Notes: generated by a model not told the origin, from the sequence alone. A DNA stretch of 64,000 nt from Candidatus Cloacimonadales bacterium (GCA_963662655.2 CAXXTU010000002.1:128001-192000), one strand, 5' to 3'; positions 47,586-57,394 are shown, counted from the first letter of the stretch. A program made the numbers and translations.

Positions 47586-48662
47586 ATGTCATTGAAACAT
47601 TTGATTCTAGTAATCGTCGCAACTTTCATCCTTTTCGGCTGTGCCGAGAAGAAAGACCCTGTATCACCAGATGAACAGAAAGAAATCTTCGAAATAGTGG
47701 ATAACATCACGGTAACGGGCGATCCCAAAACGATCGACGTCACTGAAAGTCGTATTTATGTAGCGGAAGACCAAAACGGTTTTTCGATTTATAACCGCGA
47801 AACCCTCGATCAAATTGTCAATTGTGGAATAATCAACAGCATTTCCTTGCAAGGTGTCGGGTTGATCAAACCTCTGGAATCCTATGGATTGGTATTTGTC
47901 TACAACGCTGGAGCTTCGAAAGAGATCATCATGATCGATATGTCGAATCCCGATTCACTCGGTTATGTCACGACCTTCCTGGGGGGGACATACTCTATTA
48001 AGACTTTATACGCGATGGAAAATCCCTACGAGGTTTCGGACAACAACCCGTTCAACGTTCCCGTCTCGGAATGCGAGTTGTCGGTCTTATGGACGAACGG
48101 AAATGAATTGAAATACGGTTTCATCGATGCAAATTACGGCGGTCAGCCCGACACATATGTCTGGCAGGGAGCGGTCCCTTATATATTCACCGGAGATCTG
48201 AATAACTTCGCGATGGATGACGATTATTTCTACGTTACCGCAGAGCAGGTGGGACTTTACATCGTGAATCGCGCTACGGGTGATCAGATTGGCTGGTGCG
48301 ATACGCCCGGCGAAGCCATGGACGTGGTTCTCCACGGAGATTATGCTTACGCAGCCGACCGGCAGAACGGCGTCCAGGTTATCGATATCTCCGATGTTAC
48401 TCAGCCCGACTTGCTTGAAGGCGCTGGTTTTGATCCTTCTTACGGGTATGCCTATTCGGTGGATGTAATGGGCGATTATCTGCTGGCAGCGATCGGTGGC
48501 GGCGGCCTCTATATCTTTGATATCACCGATCCGGCAGCTCCCGAGTTTGCGCAACGCATCACATCGTCTGAGATCGGATACTGCCGCGAAGTCAAGGTGT
48601 TTGACGACAAAGCCTATGTTGTTTCGAGGGACAACGGTATTGTAATACTTGAAATGAATTAA
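47586..48662 (+). CDS. Lipoprotein with LVIVD-like beta-propeller repeats
   Basis: Lipobox LFGC; repeats YAYAAD..GVQVIDISD..P and GLYIFDITDP..P. Confidence 0.82.
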   Translation: MSLKHLILVIVATFILFGCAEKKDPVSPDEQKEIFEIVDNITVTGDPKTIDVTESRIYVAEDQNGFSIYNRETLDQIVNCGIINSISLQGVGLIKPLESYGLVFVYNAGASKEIIMIDMSNPDSLGYVTTFLGGTYSIKTLYAMENPYEVSDNNPFNVPVSECELSVLWTNGNELKYGFIDANYGGQPDTYVWQGAVPYIFTGDLNNFAMDDDYFYVTAEQVGLYIVNRATGDQIGWCDTPGEAMDVVLHGDYAYAADRQNGVQVIDISDVTQPDLLEGAGFDPSYGYAYSVDVMGDYLLAAIGGGGLYIFDITDPAAPEFAQRITSSEIGYCREVKVFDDKAYVVSRDNGIVILEMN

Positions 48663-48704
48663 GAGAGAAACGAACCCTTATTAATGCAGAAACTGGAGTT
48701 GATT

Positions 48705-51700
48705 ATGAACAAGAAGTATCTCATCTTGCTTTTGATCATGGCAATCGTAGTGACAGCTTTCGCTGCACCGCGAATAATTGACGGACAACAAACAGATAAA
48801 GTGTTCATGTCAAAAAGCGCTGATGACGCTGGAACGATTCTTGAATTCAGTTTACCTGAGATGGTAATGAATGACGTAGAAGTTGAGGGGCAAACTTACC
48901 AACGATTTGATTTCGAAAACGCCGGTTTCACCATTGAAGCCGGATATCCTGAGTTACCAACATTCAATACATTTGTCGCAATCTCCGAGCGGGGAAATGT
49001 GTCGGTTGAGATGACTGTTTTACAAGAAGACGTCTACGAAAACGTCAATATCTATCCCGCACAGGGTGTACGCCTCGACGGCATGGATCCGCCGTTTTCG
49101 ATCAACACGAACTATTACAGCGGTAAGAAACAGTGGTCTCAGAAGGCTGTCGCAATCAGCGAACCGATGATTCTCCGCGATTTTCGAGTTGCGAGCTTAA
49201 CCGTGAATCCCATGGAATACAATCCGGTTACGAAGAGGCTACGCGTTCTCAGAGAAGTTGAAGTGCAGGTTCGAAACGAAGGTGGAACCGGGCAGAACGA
49301 ATTGATCGGGGCCCGGAAACAATCCCGAAGTTTCGAGAACATATACCGCTCGATGATAACCAACTATGAAACCCTTCGCGATGAGGAACCGGAATACCAG
49401 CAGCGAAGCATGATCGTGATCTATCCCTTTAACAGTCAGCTTCAGCAATACATCGATAGCTTCATCGACTGGAAGCGCAACAAGGGCTTCAAGGTCATCG
49501 ACGCTCCGACCAACGAAATCGGAACCTCGACCAGCGCGATCAAGAATTACATTCAGGATCAGTACGAAACGCTCGAGGATCCACCTGAGTTTGTCGTCCT
49601 GATTGGCGATGTGGGTGGTACGATTGGCATTCCAACCTGGATTGAAAGTTTCACCACCTACGATGGAGAAGGGGATTACCCATACACACTGCTCGCAGGA
49701 AACGATTACTTACCGGAAATGTGTATCGGGCGCATCTCGGTATCAAATGTCTCCGAGTTCATGACGTATCTCACGAAAGTGAATATCTACGAACGCAACA
49801 TCAATATGGATGATACTGCATTTTACCGACGGAATCTCCTCGTCGGCGACACAACTCCTTCAGGATTGTCTTGTGTTGTCACGAACAAGTATATCAAAGA
49901 GCTGATGTTGGCATATCAGCCCGATCATACCTTTACAGAACTATACAGTGGCGATCCGTCCCCGAACGACATGAATGCGGCCATGAACAATGGTACCTTG
50001 TTTTTCAATTATCGCGGGTATGGAGGAATGAGCGGATATGATAATTACGAAATCGAGGCGTTGACCAATTACAACAAGCTTGTCAACACCGTAATACTTA
50101 CATGCGATACCGGTTCGTTCGGGAGTTTTTCCCGGACGGAAGATTTTATCCGTGTTGGGTCTCCCTCCACGCCAACGGGAGCGATAAGCTCCATTGGTCT
50201 GGCAACGATCGGAACGCATACGCGATACAACAACACAATCACTTCAGGTATTTTCGCAGGTATCTTCGAGTACGATATGAGAACGATGGGTGAAGCGCTT
50301 GTCGCTGGTGAGATGCAGATGTATCGCACGTACCAGAATGTCGATTGGACATCAACGCAGGCCTTCATTCACTGGTGTAACCAGATGGGTGACCCGACAC
50401 TGGACATCCTGACGGACATCCCGATCATACTGCATGCGGAGTATGCCGATGAAATTCCATTGGGCCAAATGTTCATTGAAGTGGAAGTTACGGATGAAAC
50501 AAACGATCCGGTTGAGGACGCATGGGTCACCGCCCGTATGGACGAGGATGCAGTTTACGCGACCGGTTATACCGATGAAAACGGTCACATCATTCTCCGC
50601 TTTAACGACTCGGTAGCTGGCGATGTAAGCCTCGTCGTAACAAAACCCAACTACAAGCCGGTTCTTGGCGGCTTCGATATCCTCAATTCGGGGTCCATCG
50701 CCTATAACGCGATGAATATCGACGACGACGCCTCCGGTGAATCTCAGGGTGATGGTGACGGTGAAGCCAACCCGGGCGAGACCATCGAACTGGTTATCAG
50801 CCTCCGGAACTTCAGCTCATCCTCGATAGCAAATGTCTCGGGTGAACTGACCACTGACGATCCTTACGTCACGATCTCGGATTCCGAAGAAGATTTCGGG
50901 ACGATAAGCGCCAACGGAACAGCCGAATGTACGGACGATTTCGACATTTACATTCACCCCGATGTGCCGGACAACCGCGAGATCGAGTTCACGCTCGATC
51001 TGGGCGTCAATGGCGTGACGAAGTTCTGGCTCCCGATTCGCGGTAACGATCTCGACATCATGTACTGGGATGTGTCGGATAACGGCAACGATGTACTCGA
51101 TACCGGGGAAACGGCTCCATTCTTCATCACTGTAAAGAACAACGGCGCTGTCAATATGGATGATGTGTGTGCAGTCTTGCGATGTCCTACGGGTCTTATC
51201 GATATTGAAGACTCGCTTGCAACATTCGGCGACATTATGATCAGCGAATCGGTGCAGTGTACTCAGGATGGTTTTATTCTGACTGGCAGGACTCAGCTGG
51301 TTACCGGTATGCAGGTTGAACTCGAACTGATGCTTTACAATGAATCGGGCTATCACGAAACGGAATATCTGACCATACCGATCGGCATTGTTACCGTCGA
51401 TGATCCGCTTGGCCCGGACGCACACGGCTATCTGTGTTACGATAGCGGCGATACCGACTATTACCAGGTTCCCTCGTACGATTGGGTCGAGATCGATCCG
51501 AATCTCGGCGGTTATGGAACGAATACTGGGATGTCGGACACCGCACAGGAAGGCGACGAGATCGTTATCATGGAATTGCCGTTCCCATTCAGCTTTTATG
51601 GCAAGAGCGAAACGATCGTCAGCATATCAACCAACGGTTGGATCACCTTTGGCGAAACGGAGCAGGTCACATTCCGTAATTTCATCATACCCGGACCGAT

Positions 51701-54128
51701 GGGCCCAAGCCCGATGATCGCTGCTTTCTGGGACGACCTGTACACAACGGGCGGCGGTGTTTACACCTATTTCGACAGCGACATGAATTACTTCGTGATC
51801 GAGTGGTCAAACTGCAAGAATTCTGCGGGTAACGCAACGGAGACATTCGAGATCATCCTGTACGATCCTGCTTTCTATCCTACGTCAACCGGTGACGGCG
51901 AGATCAAGATACAATATCACACATTCAACAATGTCGATTCAAACGTTTCTTCCGGAGGCCCTCAGGGTAACTACTGCTCGGTAGGTATCGAGGACGAGAC
52001 CGCATTGGTGGGCCTGAACTATACATACAACAATGAGTATCCGACAGCGGCAAGGCATCTCGCGAGCGGGATGGCGCTGCTGTTCACGGGGATTCCATTG
52101 TCCATGGAACACTCGTACCTCACAATGGGCGATCTCTTTCTGAACGATACCAACGGCAACGGACTGGTCGAATCCGGAGAGATGGTTAACCTCGGGATTT
52201 CTCTGAACAACATCGGGCAGCAGACCGCCCAGGGCGTTCATGCAACCCTTTCCTCCACCGACCAGTATGTGGAAGTGCTTTCGAACCATTCGTACTATCC
52301 GAACATCGAAGACGGCGGGAGCGAGTACGGCACGAGCTATTTCTCATTTATTGTCGATGAGGATGTTCCCGACGGTTACATGATTCCGTTCCTGCTCGAG
52401 GCGTCTTGCACCAACGGTACCTGGAGTTACACGTTCTATCGCAAGGTTTACAAACCGAGCATCGAAGTAGACCTGTACCTGATCAACGATGAAGCAGGAA
52501 ATGGCAACGGAACCGCTGAACCGGGTGAAGACTTCACATACGTCGTATCGCTCCTCAATACGGGCTTGGTCGATGCACATAATGTGGTTGCGACGGTCTC
52601 GACAACCAGCCAGTACCTCGATATCACGACGCCAACGTTTGAATACGGAATGATAACTTTCGAAAACAGCATTCAGGGGGTTTTCGGGATGAGCTTGTCG
52701 AGTTCGGCTCCGTCCGAGACAGGCATTCCCGTCTTGATTACCATCACTGCCGACGGTATGGAGCCCATCGAAGTTGAGTCGATGATTGGTTCAGGCGTAT
52801 CGCCCGGAGTATTCGAAGAGCACTTCACAACCTTCCTGCCGGATGGCTGGACCATTGACGCCAACGCAGAAAACTGGACACAATCCCTTACAGCATCGGC
52901 CGGGGGAGAGATGCCTGAAGTGAAGTTCAATTGGAGTCCCCAGTTTGAAGGTACATCAAGGATGATTACGCACCAGATGAATCTGATCGGCGCTACAAAC
53001 GTGTCTGTCCAGTTCAAGTACTCGTTGGACGATTATGGCCATAGCGGTTACAGTATTGGACTGGCCGCACGCTCGGACAGCTTTGACTGGACGTCCTTGT
53101 GGGAGATTGCTCCTGCCGACGATATTTCCATGGAAATCATGACCGTAAACGTTCCTCAGCAATACGTGAATGCAATGAATCTGCAATTCGCATGGTACTT
53201 CAGTGGGCGCTCGTTTAATATCAACCAGTGGTACATCGATGATGTCGTGCTGAATGCGATTCTTGGGAACGGTGGAACCATATCCGGAATCGTCACCCTG
53301 GACAATCCGGACGACAGTCCTGAGCATGCAGTTGTCAAGGCTGGAGATTATTCCACGCATCCGGATTCGACAGGGTCCTACAAACTCTACGTACCCAAGG
53401 GGGAATTTCCTGAGTTGAGGGCGTCGAACAAGTGGTATGAACCTGCTTCGTATTACGACCTGGAAATCGATTTCGGCGATACATTGGAAGACTACGATTT
53501 CAATCTGTCATACTTCGTTCCGCCTACCGGGCTCACCTTCACAATGGAAGACGAGACGATGATCCTCGACTGGAATTACGGCGATGACAGGGGGAACGAC
53601 TTAAGACGCAACGGTACTCGCGACCGTCTTGATTTCAGTCATTTCAAGGTCTATCGGCAGATCGATACGAGTAATTTTATGGAAATCGCCACGACGGAGG
53701 ATATGACGTTCTCCGAGGTTATCGATACGACCCTCTACCATGAGTATTACGTAACGGCAATTTATACCTCAGGCGAGAGCGACTCGACCAATCATGTAAC
53801 GAGCGCGGACTGGTACCCCCACGATGCGAATCCGGATGGAGTTCCCGCGTTTGTTAATCATCTCGGGAAGAACTATCCGAATCCCTTCAATCCGGAAACG
53901 ACGATCCAGTTCTCGATTGCGAACAAAGAGGAAACGGAGCTCATCGTTTATAACGTGAAAGGCCAGAGGGTCCGTACGCTCATCAAAGACAAGCTTGAGG
54001 CGGGTAAGTACACAATCCGATGGCAAGGTGAAAACGACACCGGAAAACAAGTTTCTTCCGGCGTTTATTTCTATAAACTCAAGGCTGGAGACTTCAGCAG
54101 CGTTCAGAAGATGCTACTCCTGAAGTAG
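48705..54128 (+). CDS. Very large secreted C25-family protein with repeated Ig-like modules and FlgD-Ig/T9SS-like CTD
   Basis: GYPELP propeptide, LIGD, IGRIS, FNYRG, LTCDTG, MGDP; several D-x-x-G-N-G...GE modules; NYPNPFNP...SSGVYFY...KMLLLK. GGAG RBS before ATG 48705. Confidence 0.88.
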   Translation: MNKKYLILLLIMAIVVTAFAAPRIIDGQQTDKVFMSKSADDAGTILEFSLPEMVMNDVEVEGQTYQRFDFENAGFTIEAGYPELPTFNTFVAISERGNVSVEMTVLQEDVYENVNIYPAQGVRLDGMDPPFSINTNYYSGKKQWSQKAVAISEPMILRDFRVASLTVNPMEYNPVTKRLRVLREVEVQVRNEGGTGQNELIGARKQSRSFENIYRSMITNYETLRDEEPEYQQRSMIVIYPFNSQLQQYIDSFIDWKRNKGFKVIDAPTNEIGTSTSAIKNYIQDQYETLEDPPEFVVLIGDVGGTIGIPTWIESFTTYDGEGDYPYTLLAGNDYLPEMCIGRISVSNVSEFMTYLTKVNIYERNINMDDTAFYRRNLLVGDTTPSGLSCVVTNKYIKELMLAYQPDHTFTELYSGDPSPNDMNAAMNNGTLFFNYRGYGGMSGYDNYEIEALTNYNKLVNTVILTCDTGSFGSFSRTEDFIRVGSPSTPTGAISSIGLATIGTHTRYNNTITSGIFAGIFEYDMRTMGEALVAGEMQMYRTYQNVDWTSTQAFIHWCNQMGDPTLDILTDIPIILHAEYADEIPLGQMFIEVEVTDETNDPVEDAWVTARMDEDAVYATGYTDENGHIILRFNDSVAGDVSLVVTKPNYKPVLGGFDILNSGSIAYNAMNIDDDASGESQGDGDGEANPGETIELVISLRNFSSSSIANVSGELTTDDPYVTISDSEEDFGTISANGTAECTDDFDIYIHPDVPDNREIEFTLDLGVNGVTKFWLPIRGNDLDIMYWDVSDNGNDVLDTGETAPFFITVKNNGAVNMDDVCAVLRCPTGLIDIEDSLATFGDIMISESVQCTQDGFILTGRTQLVTGMQVELELMLYNESGYHETEYLTIPIGIVTVDDPLGPDAHGYLCYDSGDTDYYQVPSYDWVEIDPNLGGYGTNTGMSDTAQEGDEIVIMELPFPFSFYGKSETIVSISTNGWITFGETEQVTFRNFIIPGPMGPSPMIAAFWDDLYTTGGGVYTYFDSDMNYFVIEWSNCKNSAGNATETFEIILYDPAFYPTSTGDGEIKIQYHTFNNVDSNVSSGGPQGNYCSVGIEDETALVGLNYTYNNEYPTAARHLASGMALLFTGIPLSMEHSYLTMGDLFLNDTNGNGLVESGEMVNLGISLNNIGQQTAQGVHATLSSTDQYVEVLSNHSYYPNIEDGGSEYGTSYFSFIVDEDVPDGYMIPFLLEASCTNGTWSYTFYRKVYKPSIEVDLYLINDEAGNGNGTAEPGEDFTYVVSLLNTGLVDAHNVVATVSTTSQYLDITTPTFEYGMITFENSIQGVFGMSLSSSAPSETGIPVLITITADGMEPIEVESMIGSGVSPGVFEEHFTTFLPDGWTIDANAENWTQSLTASAGGEMPEVKFNWSPQFEGTSRMITHQMNLIGATNVSVQFKYSLDDYGHSGYSIGLAARSDSFDWTSLWEIAPADDISMEIMTVNVPQQYVNAMNLQFAWYFSGRSFNINQWYIDDVVLNAILGNGGTISGIVTLDNPDDSPEHAVVKAGDYSTHPDSTGSYKLYVPKGEFPELRASNKWYEPASYYDLEIDFGDTLEDYDFNLSYFVPPTGLTFTMEDETMILDWNYGDDRGNDLRRNGTRDRLDFSHFKVYRQIDTSNFMEIATTEDMTFSEVIDTTLYHEYYVTAIYTSGESDSTNHVTSADWYPHDANPDGVPAFVNHLGKNYPNPFNPETTIQFSIANKEETELIVYNVKGQRVRTLIKDKLEAGKYTIRWQGENDTGKQVSSGVYFYKLKAGDFSSVQKMLLLK

Positions 54129-54158
54129 TGCAACGCTGAAGCAAGAAGCCGAAAATAT

Positions 54159-54196
54159 AACACCGCCCGTGATTCATTTCCGGGCGGTGTTTTTTT
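54159..54196 (+). terminator. Rho-independent terminator
   Basis: AACACCGCCCG...CGGGCGGTGTT followed by a T run. Confidence 0.85.
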
Positions 54197-54212
54197 CATC
54201 GTCAGAAAAACC

Positions 54213-54241
54213 TTGACGCGATAATTATCGTTAACTACTCT
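54213..54241 (+). promoter_or_regulatory. Putative sigma70 promoter
   Basis: TTGACG-17 nt-TACTCT upstream of GGAGG RBS and ATG 54280. Confidence 0.5.
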
Positions 54242-54279
54242 TCATACAACACGTTCAGGAAGACTTGGGGAGGCATACG

Positions 54280-56460
54280 ATGATAAAAATCAATTTGCTA
54301 CTCTTGTTCCTGGTAATTCTACTGAAACTCGGCTCGATCGCCCATCACGTCGATTACCGTGAAGCCGATACCGTCGTTCCCAAGGCGATCGTCGGGGATG
54401 TGATGTTTGCGATGAAGAGCCCTGAAGCTGAATACAAACTCTACGATTTGAGCGATCCCTACAACGTCAAAGAAGCTGGAAGTGTCGAGCATTGCGTTCA
54501 TTTTATCGCAATGGAAGATGATTACCTGGCATTTCTCTGTTGCAGTGACTCCATTTTAATCTACAACATTGAAGATATATACAACCCCTATCTCGATATT
54601 GTTCTTAAGACCAGCATACATGCCTATCATTCCTGGATATCCGGCAAGAACTACAGCCTTGAAATCGACGGGAGTTATCTGTATCTCAACTGGATGTTGG
54701 AGTACGAGGAATGGGGCGAAACGGATGCCTGCGAGGAAATCTGGAATATCAGCAGTCATAGCAATCCTGTAAGTGTATATCACAATGTGGAGTACTGGGG
54801 GGACGGGCTGATCGATAGCATCATCGAGGATGGCCTTGCCTACACGATCAACATCTGGGACGAAAGTCTCAAGATATTCGATGTGACCGAGCCCTTGGAC
54901 TGGAAGGAGATCGGCAAGGCCGAGCTGCCCCGCGATCCGGAGTTTTTCTACAAGCAGGGAGATACCGTACTTGTTTATGACAAGTACGACAACCTCTATA
55001 CGATAGACGTGTCCGATGCGGCCTCTCCAACGATTATCAATGCGGTGAACTTCCCCAGCGGATACAACTTGTTTGTGTGTCACAATGGGCATTACTATCT
55101 GTATGGCAGCAGGATGGGATTTGCTATTCTGGATACGTCCGACATGGGTAATATTTCAATCCTCGCCGAGTTCAGCCTGTATGAGAACTCGACGTTCATG
55201 TTCTTCGTCGATGATTATACGGCAATGGTGCCATGCAAAGACTCCAATCAGTTCATCGATTTCTCTGATCCTGGTTGCGATTTTCTGTGGGACAAATGGA
55301 ATGAATACACGATGTGGCAGTCATACCGCTGTGCATTGCAATATCCTTACTTCTGCGTATTCGAAAAGGGAGGGTTCCATGTTCTGAACGTTTCCGATCC
55401 TGAAGAAATGTATGAGAAAGGGCTTGCCGATTTCGCTGCCGGTAACGTATCGCTCAAGATCGAGATGGCGTATGCGTATTGTACTGGAGGATCGGGTATC
55501 ACGGTGTGCGACATCAAGAAGTCGGGGGGAGTCGGTTTTGTGTCGAGATTCGATATGGCAGGGGGAATAACGGACATCTCTGTTTATAACAGGCACCTTT
55601 ACGCTTTTTGCCATAGCAGGATCAATACGTTCGATCTCGCCAACATTCTGGTTCCGGAAAATCTGGGATGCAATTCAGTGCCATACGGCAATTATCGCAG
55701 TGACGTTTATCAGGGGCACCTGTTCTCATGGGCGGGAGATATTGGAATCACCGTTTTCTCGATTGGCGAGGATTATTTACCCGTCGAGAAGAATCGCATA
55801 TCTGTCGATGCAGTTGTGGAGATTTTGTTCTACGGAGACTACATGTATGCCGTGCGGAACACCGACATTCAAGTCTATAACATCTGCAATGTTTCCAATC
55901 CGGTTTTCGTGACCGCCGTCGAATTCGATCCCATTCACAATGTTACAGCTTGCGCGATCGAGGGCAACGAATTGTATATTTGCGATGCCAATTGGAACCG
56001 GGTACAGACATTCGGTTTGAGCGATCCATCATATCCCGAAATGACGAACGAGCTTTACCTGGATCATCCCATCTATGCGCTTTTCTTCGTCGGCAACGCG
56101 GCGATCATGGATAATGGCTACGGGCTTATCCAGTCGCTGGACCGGACGGCGATATCGACTACGTTTGTACCGCAAATTCCCACGGTCGACCACTTCAAGC
56201 AAAATTACCCCAATCCGTTCAATCCAGAAACGCATATCGAATTCAGTATCAACAAACAAGCACACACCAGTCTGAAGATTTACAACGTCAAAGGCCAACT
56301 GGTTAACACGCTCGTTGATTGTGTCCTTCCGGAGGGTGATTACAACGAGATATGGCGTGGAGTCGATAGCCGGAACAAGCCGGTGTCCTCAGGCGTGTAT
56401 TTCTATCGGATCGAGGCCGGCGGATATCAATCGACCAGAAAAATGCTGCTGATGAAATAA
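54280..56460 (+). CDS. Secreted LVIVD-like repeat protein with FlgD-Ig/T9SS-like CTD
   Basis: Many I(Y/F)D(V/I)S(D/N)P repeats; QNYPNPFNP...SSGVYFY...RKMLLMK. Confidence 0.82.
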   Translation: MIKINLLLLFLVILLKLGSIAHHVDYREADTVVPKAIVGDVMFAMKSPEAEYKLYDLSDPYNVKEAGSVEHCVHFIAMEDDYLAFLCCSDSILIYNIEDIYNPYLDIVLKTSIHAYHSWISGKNYSLEIDGSYLYLNWMLEYEEWGETDACEEIWNISSHSNPVSVYHNVEYWGDGLIDSIIEDGLAYTINIWDESLKIFDVTEPLDWKEIGKAELPRDPEFFYKQGDTVLVYDKYDNLYTIDVSDAASPTIINAVNFPSGYNLFVCHNGHYYLYGSRMGFAILDTSDMGNISILAEFSLYENSTFMFFVDDYTAMVPCKDSNQFIDFSDPGCDFLWDKWNEYTMWQSYRCALQYPYFCVFEKGGFHVLNVSDPEEMYEKGLADFAAGNVSLKIEMAYAYCTGGSGITVCDIKKSGGVGFVSRFDMAGGITDISVYNRHLYAFCHSRINTFDLANILVPENLGCNSVPYGNYRSDVYQGHLFSWAGDIGITVFSIGEDYLPVEKNRISVDAVVEILFYGDYMYAVRNTDIQVYNICNVSNPVFVTAVEFDPIHNVTACAIEGNELYICDANWNRVQTFGLSDPSYPEMTNELYLDHPIYALFFVGNAAIMDNGYGLIQSLDRTAISTTFVPQIPTVDHFKQNYPNPFNPETHIEFSINKQAHTSLKIYNVKGQLVNTLVDCVLPEGDYNEIWRGVDSRNKPVSSGVYFYRIEAGGYQSTRKMLLMK

Positions 56461-56461
56461 T

Positions 56462-56628
56462 GATTTTCGGCTTTGGCGAAGCCAAAACGAAACCAAAGCG
56501 TTGTGACTTTGCGAAGTGAAGTCATGTTAGCAGATTTTCGGCTTTGGCGAAGCCAAAACGAAATCTTGCCGGAAGCACGAAGTGCTGGAGTCGGCTTTCA
56601 CGAAGTGAAAACGGAAAAATCTGCTGAC
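56462..56628. repeat. Cluster of GAA-triloop hairpin repeats
   Basis: GATTTTCGGCTTTGGCGAAGCCAAAACGAAA occurs twice (56462, 56533); a covarying third unit TCGGCTTTCACGAAGTGAAAACGGA at 56591. Confidence 0.8.
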
Positions 56629-56659
56629 GTTCGGTATCTCTGAAATCGGTGCGAACCCT

Positions 56660-56773
56660 CGCGGCGGGGCGGCGTGAAGCCCTGTAAGGGCTTCGGCAGT
56701 TTTTGAAATGTTTTCCATCTGAAAACTTTTCAAAAACTGTTAGTGCGCGAAGCGCACACGCCGCCCCGCCGCG
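56660..56773 (+). repeat. Cloverleaf palindromic element, copy C
   Basis: Perfect 16-bp closing stem CGCGGCGGGGCGGCGT/ACGCCGCCCCGCCGCG; GAAGCCCT-GTA-AGGGCTTC; AT-rich central stem; GTGCGC-GAA-GCGCAC. Confidence 0.85.
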
Positions 56774-56791
56774 CGGGTGTCCTCGGAGCGA

Positions 56792-57370
56792 TCAGCTATA
56801 GTACGGTTCCTCTTTGAGCAAATGGCTCGCGAGTATCTTGAGATACAGGACCGGAGCGAACCACTCGATGCCTTCTGCAGGCTGTAAAACATAGAGTCCA
56901 AACACAAAACCGACAACCACCAGGAAGAATGCCACCGGTCGTTGAAGATAGTGCCGCGTAAAAAGCAGAATCAATGCTGCAATGACCAGATAAGCATACG
57001 CGCTGACGATGAAAATCCAATCGAAGCCCATGAAAACCCACGACATGATGACGATTTGCAGCAGATGCAGCAAAACAACTCCGAGATGTTGCTTGAACCC
57101 CTGCCCTTCGCGATGATACCAGCGTTTCGCGGATGAAGTGGCGTTTGTCAGGACTCCTCCTGCCATGTCAATTGCGATGAGAAAACCGATAAGATATTGC
57201 CACCAGGTCCAGCCCAGATTCCTGCAATATGCCTGGGCTAATATCAAGACACCAAACAATGCTGCCAGACTGAACTGCATGGCGATTTCCGCTTTGGTTG
57301 CTCCGGGTCCGATAAATTTATCCAGACCGTTACGAGGCTCGGGGTAGTTCCAGTCGATTCGAGAACTCAT
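56792..57370 (-). CDS. Hypothetical multi-pass membrane protein
   Basis: AAGGAG RBS; several TM segments; conserved-looking DKFIGPGAT and GGVLTNATSSAKRWYH. Confidence 0.75.
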   Translation of the reverse strand: MSSRIDWNYPEPRNGLDKFIGPGATKAEIAMQFSLAALFGVLILAQAYCRNLGWTWWQYLIGFLIAIDMAGGVLTNATSSAKRWYHREGQGFKQHLGVVLLHLLQIVIMSWVFMGFDWIFIVSAYAYLVIAALILLFTRHYLQRPVAFFLVVVGFVFGLYVLQPAEGIEWFAPVLYLKILASHLLKEEPYYS

Positions 57371-57394
57371 GAAACGCTCCTTTTTAATTACTCA

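Noticed and set aside
56462..56628. Possible CRISPR mini-array (31-bp palindromic repeat twice with a 40-bp gap)
   Set aside because: Only two identical units, the gap is itself a hairpin, the third unit covaries rather than repeats, and there are no cas genes or leader.
56526..56656. Possible integron attC site (GTTAGCA ... TGCTGAC)
   Set aside because: The core sites are in the wrong order for a single attC and match GTTRRRY/RYYYAAC poorly. No integrase or cassette array is present. A decayed remnant cannot be fully excluded.
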